Source of the DNA: Azolla caroliniana
Lineage: Eukaryota; Plantae; Polypodiophyta
NCBI GenBank assembly: GCA_043228905.1
Contig: JBHGNT010000960.1
Span: 1-13,353, forward strand
Length of the DNA: 13,353 nt
Reading direction: 5' to 3'
Shown: positions 8,266 to 13,353 of the stretch, in pieces
Position numbering within the stretch: the stretch's first letter is position 1
How the letters are laid out: each line of letters opens with the position of its first letter
The notes under the pieces: model-generated
What the model was told of the DNA's origin: nothing
Databases searched by the model: none
What the model saw: only the letters and a program-made list of their open reading frames with translations
Position numbers and translations under genes: made by a program

Positions 8266-8696
8266 ACAGGAAGAAAACTCTCGGAGCAAAACATGTACGA
8301 ATCGGTCCGGATGGGGCATCTACGTACACGACCGTAACCGGAGGATTGAAGAAAGGATACCGACAAGTGGAGGATAAGTTGTGGTCGGCATCAATAATAA
8401 AAGAAGATGAAGAAATCGTGGGGATAGTCGAGGAAGTGTTCTATGGGAGCACGCTGCAACGACTTGAAGACCTTGCGGAAGATAAAAGCCAAGGGAACCG
8501 GGTAGTCCCGGTGGAATCGGTCGAGATGTACGAGATCATTGCGAAAATGGAGGCGGATACGCTCCGTAAAGAAGAAGCAATGGTAAGTACGAAATACAAG
8601 ACCGTGGAGAAGAAGGTGAAACCGGCCGCGGGACCACTACCCGCCGATAGCGAACAAAAGAGGAAAGAAGTCTCAGGAGATCCGACACTTCGGAAG
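8202..8696 (+). pseudogene. pol: Element G ORF2 (pol) N-terminal region, cut by insertion of element C
   Basis: Stop-free in the -1 frame from 8202 (GFLKRTVAEW...) through KYKTVEKKVKP to DPTLRK at the LTR boundary. Confidence 0.7.
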
Positions 8697-9437
8697 TGTT
8701 GAAAAACAGTGCTCGGCCACAACCGAGGAATAGGATCAACTCACAGGAAACAGGAAATACGAAGTGCACGAGGACAATAGAGAGAAAGGTACACTGGATG
8801 TTTTACGTGGAAAACCCTAAATGGGGAAAAAACCACGGGAGTCCTCAAACTCCAACTATCACTATAAACAGAGATGTACAATGGTGAAGCTACAAGGCAA
8901 CGACCTCGAGCTCACTGTCTTCGCCACAGGCGGCGGTAATACACAGAGGCAACGACCTCTTCGTCGCTCTCTCTCTCTCCCTCTCTTTCTCGGCTGCTCT
9001 CTTCACTCTCTTGCACACATAAGAGTGGCGATACACAGAAAAATGAGCAACAACATTTAAACTGTTTGCCCTAAGTCATATTTATACACATATGACTTTC
9101 GGGCTATTTACAAATATAGCCTCAAGGGCTCTTGGCAAACATATTCACAAATATGTCCCCGCATCCGGATCTCTCTCCGGGTACACTCGTCATCCGGCTC
9201 CGTAACCGGGGTCTTCAGCATCCGGCTCCGTAGCCGGGGTCTTCATCATCCCGCTCCGTAGCCGGAGTCTTCAGCATCCGGCTCCGTAGTCGGGGTCTTC
9301 AGCATCCGGCTCCGTAGTCGGGGTCTCTTCATCCGGCTTCATGCCGGGTACTCTTCATCATCCGGTTCCGTAACCGCAACCGGGCTTGCCGTCATTCATC
9401 TCCGGACATCCCATCCGGAGGGACCGAAATCCCAACA
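8697..9437 (-). repeat. 3' LTR of element C (741 bp)
   Basis: TGTTG...CAACA termini; directly follows the PPT; TATAAAT on the minus strand near 9079-9085; flank GGAAG (8692-8696) is the candidate target-site duplication. Confidence 0.95.
9191..9378. repeat. About 28-bp tandem repeat (about 7 units) in U3 of LTR C
   Basis: CATCCGGCTCCGTAGCCGGGGTCTTCAG-like units start at 9191, 9219, 9247, 9275, 9303, 9330 and 9359. Confidence 0.93.
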
Positions 9438-9450
9438 AACTCCCCCTTCA
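9438..9450 (-). promoter_or_regulatory. Polypurine tract of element C
   Basis: Minus strand TGAAGGGGGAGTT|TGTTGGG; overlaps the pol stop codon. Confidence 0.92.
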
Positions 9451-11883
9451 CTTCGGCATGGGATGTCTCTCCAATCCGATCCTCTTCCGGCATGCTTCTA
9501 GCTTGTCGGGTGTGAGCACCTTGGTCAGCATATCCGACCCGTTCTCGTCCGTGTGGATCTTCGTCAGCACGAACTCCTTGTCTTCTATCCTTTCCCGGAT
9601 CCAGTGGTATCTACGCTGGATGTGCTTCGTCCGGGAGTGATAGGCCGCATTCTTCGCAAGGTGGATGGCACTCTGACTGTCGCAGTAGAGTCGGTACTCC
9701 TCCTGCCGGATACCGAGCTCTCTAATGAAGTCCTTCATCCATATTATTTCCTTGCTGGCTTCAACAGCTGCCATGTACTCCGCCTCCGTGGTTGACAACG
9801 CAACCGTCTTCTGCAGCCTCGACTGCCACGAAACAGCTCCCCCTGCATACGTCATCACATACCCTGATGTGGACCGGCTGGTATCTGCATCAGCCGACAT
9901 ATCTGAATCGGTAAAGCCGTCGAGTTCGGGCTTACCGGAGCCGAATCGGAGGCACACGTTTGCCGTGCCCTTCAGGTATCGGAGTATCCACTTGACCGCG
10001 TTCCAGTGCTCTTTGCCGGGATTGCTCATGTACCGGCTCACCACTCCGACTGCGTATCCTATGTCCGGTCTTGTACACACCATTGCATACATCAAGCTTC
10101 TGACGGCAGAGGCATATGGTACTTTCATCATGTCCTCCTTCTCAGCCTTTGTCTTGGGGCTTTGCTTGCTGGACAACTTGCAGTTTGCCGGGAGGGTTGA
10201 CCCGACCGGTCTTGCTTCCGACATGTTGAACCGGTGAAGCACCTTTGTCACGTACTTCTCCTGTGACAGCCACAACTGCTTCTTCTTCCGGTTCCGGATG
10301 ATGTGCATCCCTAGTATTTGCCTCGCCGGACCCAGGTCCTTCATTGAGAAGGTTCGGTGGAGTGCTTTCTTCAGCATCCGTATCTTGACCTGGTCCCGTC
10401 CGACGATCAACATGTCGTCCACGTACAGGAGGAGTATTAGAAAGTCTCCTCCTTCGAACTTCTTCACAAACACGCAGTGATCGGACTGCGTTTTGTGGTA
10501 CCCTTCGTCGGTCATGAAAGAGTCAAACTTCCGGTACCATTGCCGGGGAGCCTGCTTCAGTCCGTAAAGGCTCTTCTTCAACCGGCATACCAGGTGCTCC
10601 TTCCCTTTCTTCTCGAATCCTTCCGGTTGCTGCATGTAGATCTCTTCTTCGAGGTCACCGTGAAGGAATGCCGTCTTCACGTCCATCTGTTCTACCTCGA
10701 GGTCCATGCTTGCCGCTATGCTCAGCACCGTCCGGATGGAGGTCATCTTCACTACCGGGGCAAATATCTCGTCGAAGTCGACGCCCTTCTTCTGCTGGAA
10801 CCCCTTCACCACGATCCTGGCTTTGTATCTCGGGGGGTTTCCGGCATCTCCCGGTTTCAGCTTGAACACCCACTTGTTTCGAAATGCCCGCTTTCATTTC
10901 GGCAACTCCACAAGTTCATATGTGTGGTTCTCATGCAGGGAATCCATCTCCTCCTGCATGGCACTTAACCACCTGCGGCTATGGGTGTCAAGTTTTGCTT
11001 CTTCAAAGCTCTCCGGCTCCCCCTTGTCGGTTAGCAGCACGTGCTCTGGTTCCGGAAATCTCCGGGGGGCCCTTCTCTCTCTTAGAGGATATCTCCGTTC
11101 CGGAGCTTCGGTAACCGGCTCCTCCGTTTCCTCTTCATCCGAATCCATTTCGGGATCGGGGCCGGTTCCGGTATCAGTTTCATCTTCCTCGGCCGGTTCT
11201 GTTTCTTCACCGTCTTCGGCCGGATCCTCGAGTGCTAACCGGTCCCTTGCCGGTCGGGACTGCTCTTCGTAGAGTTGATCCTCACCGGTCGACTTGGAGC
11301 TCTTCATCTTCTTCTCCGACTCCCAGTCGGTGAGTGTCTTGTCCTCCATGAAGATGATATCTCGACTCCTGAATATCTTCTTGTCGACCGGGTCCCATAC
11401 TCGGTAGCCGAACTCGTCGTCGCCGTAACCGAGGAATATGCATGGCCGGGTCTTTGGATCTAACTTTCCTCTCCGGTCCTTTGCCACATGCACGTATGCG
11501 AGACACCCGAACACCTTCAGATGCCGGTAGGACACTTCCTTAACGGTCCACACTCTCTGCGGCGTGTCTCCGTCCAAAGGTGCTGAGGGTGATCTGTTTA
11601 TCACGTATGTCGCCGTCGACATTGCCTCAGCCCAAAACCCCTTGGGTAATTTCGCATGCGCCAGCATACTCCGGACCCTCTCCATTATGGTCCGGTTCAT
11701 CCTCTCGGCCAGCCCGTTCAGTTCCGGCATCTTCGGCACAGTAAACTCGAGCCGGATTCCCTTCGAGCGACAGTACTCCTGGAACTTCCCCCGGTATTCC
11801 CCTCTGTTATCCGCTCGTATCGCTTTCAGCTTCTTGCCGGATTCCCTTTCCACTCTCGCGTGAAGTTCTTTGATGCCGTCCAC
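9448..11883 (-). pseudogene. pol: Element C pol: integrase core/C-terminus, RT and RNase H, with one in-frame TGA at 10894-10896
   Basis: RADNRGEY, NGLAERMNR, LPK*KRAFRNKWVFKLK, LLLYVDDMLI, FTDSD, STTEAEY, CDSQSAI, SDMLTK; ORFs 9448-10869 and 10894-11883 share a frame. Confidence 0.96.
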
Positions 11884-13353
11884 AGCTTCCGGCTGTGGTC
11901 ATCAATGAATGTCACGAAGTACTGGGCTCCGCCATGTGACTTCGTTTCTACTTGACACACGTCAGTGTGCACCAACTCCAATGGTGCGCTACGTCTCGTC
12001 GGTGGCCTTGAGTGGAAGGAGGTCCGGTTTTGCTTACCGGCCAGACAGTCGGTACACTTCCCCAGGTGTACGTGCTTTACCGGTATCAGGTTGTCATCGG
12101 CAAGCCTCTTCATCCCCTTCTCACTCATGTGGCACAGTGTCTTGTGCCACAGCTCACCGACAGTGTCGGCTGCCACGTTCAGCTCCTCCGGACATAGCCG
12201 GGAATTCATCAGGTACAGTGTATTGACCTTCCGGGCCCGAGCCACTATCAAGCTCCCTTTGCTGAACTTCATGACACCGTTCCGGATGCTACCCGTGTAG
12301 CCTTCATCATCTAGCCTCCCGGCCGAGATCAGGTTCGATCGGACCTCCGGAACGTGTCGAACATCCTTCAGCAGCATCTTGCATCCGGTTGATGTCATCA
12401 GCCACACGTCTCCTATGCCGGCAATCCGGCATGTGCCTTCATTTCCCATCCGGACACAGCCGTGCTCACCGGCTGTGTAGGATGAGAAGTATTTCTTCTC
12501 CGGGGTCAGGTGGAACGACGCTCCGGAATCGACCACCCAGGTCATCTCTACACCGGCAAGGTTCAGCGCCCTCTCTTCGGTAATGAGCATTATCTCTTCT
12601 TCACTTGCCGCGAGTGCCGTCGTTCCTTTCCGGTCCTGCCCTCGCCGATCCGGACCTCTCCGGTCCGTGGCTCCCCGGTATGCACCGTTTCTCTCCGGTG
12701 ACTTCTTCGAATCGGTGTCGTCGGCTCCATTGTCCTTTCGGTAATGCCGACAATTCTTCCGGAAGTGCCCCGGCTTCCCACAGTGGAAGCATGTGTGCCT
12801 TCCTCTTGACTGCGACCGGGTCCCCGACTTCTCCCGTCTTTGCGGACTCCGGTTCCATTGTCTTCCCCGTTCCGATTCGGTAAGCAGCATCTTCGGATCG
12901 GAAACCGGTTCTTTATCTCTCCGACGCGCTTCTTCGTTCAAAATGCTTGTCTTTACCGTTTGTAGAGACAAGTTATCTTCGGTGCAGGAGGTGCTGAGAG
13001 TCACCACCAAGTTCTCCCAGCTTTCCGGCAACGTACACATCAGAATGATGGCTTGCATTGCATCCTCCAACGGGAACTTGATCGCCGCAAGCTGGTTCAC
13101 GAATCCCATGAACGTGCTCACGTGTTCCACCATATTCTCGCCGTCCCGGTACTTGAGGTTCACTATCTTCCTCATCAGGGAGGTCCGGTTCAACGCATTC
13201 TTCCTCTCGTAGAGGCCCGACAGCTTCTTCCACATCTCATAGGCGTTCGTATCGTTCGCCACATGTTGCAGAACACTTACATCGACATATTGCCGGATCG
13301 TTGCTACGACTTTCCGGTTCAGGAGCTTCCACTCCGACTCTATTACCCCCTTG
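11870..13353 (-). pseudogene. gag: Element C gag, protease and integrase N-terminus; open to the window edge, frameshifted by a deletion near 11870-11884
   Basis: EWKLLNRKVVATIRQYV; CFHCGKPGHFRKNC; WVVDSGASFH; LWHKTLCHMSEKG..CTDC; ELVHTDVC; FIDDHSRKLW. Confidence 0.95.

Larger units (their letters stand above)
6079..8696 (+). mobile_element. Ty3/gypsy-like retrotransposon (element G), 5' LTR not seen, interrupted in pol by element C
   Basis: Gag with CCHC knuckle, gypsy-type protease (LIDxGSEINLM...ILGQPF), separate -1 frame ORF; RT/INT are not in the window, so the superfamily call rests on gag/PR. Confidence 0.8.
8697..13353 (-). mobile_element. Young Ty1/copia element, Tork/Tnt1-like (element C); 5' part lies right of the window
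   Basis: gag-PR-INT-RT-RH on the minus strand, polypurine tract, complete 3' LTR; Tnt1-like motifs HMSEKG, VPYASAV.SLMYAMVCTRPD, GGAVSWQSRLQK. Confidence 0.95.

Noticed and set aside
8346-8702. Stand-alone 118-aa gene or env-like ORF
   Set aside because: The frame is open back to the slippery site, its stop comes from the inserted LTR, and it has no hydrophobic segment.
9191-9378. CRISPR array (28-bp palindromic repeats)
   Set aside because: Units are contiguous with no unique spacers, lie inside an LTR, and there are no cas genes.
11865-11890. Programmed frameshift in element C
   Set aside because: It falls inside the integrase core with residues missing and no slippery heptamer; copia gag-pol is normally a single ORF.
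9386-13233. Many antisense or alternative-frame ORFs of 60-190 aa over element C (also over A and G)
   Set aside because: These are expected shadows of GC-rich coding sequence with no domain signatures.

Overview
This window is eukaryotic, most likely non-seed land-plant (bryophyte/fern-type) heterochromatin made almost entirely of nested LTR retrotransposons, with no recognisable host gene. The taxon is inferred from the element types only. From left to right: (A) an old, decayed Ty1/copia element on the minus strand (1-3675) with its probable 5' LTR (3676-3998 plus 5157-5258). That LTR is split at its TATA box by (B) two head-to-tail Tork/Tnt1-type LTR copies (3999-5156). Next is an AT-rich segment with Helitron-3'-end-like hairpins (about 5520-6070), then (G) a 5'-truncated Ty3/gypsy-like element on the plus strand (6079-8696). 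The pol of G is interrupted by (C) a young Tork/Tnt1-like copia element on the minus strand (3' LTR 8697-9437, gag-pol running off the right edge). The most notable signal is in G: protease (with an atypical D-H-G motif) sits in the gag ORF, and that ORF ends in G_GAT_TTT_TAA followed 5 nt later by a clean H-type pseudoknot with the -1 frame open. This looks like a programmed -1 frameshift placed after the protease.
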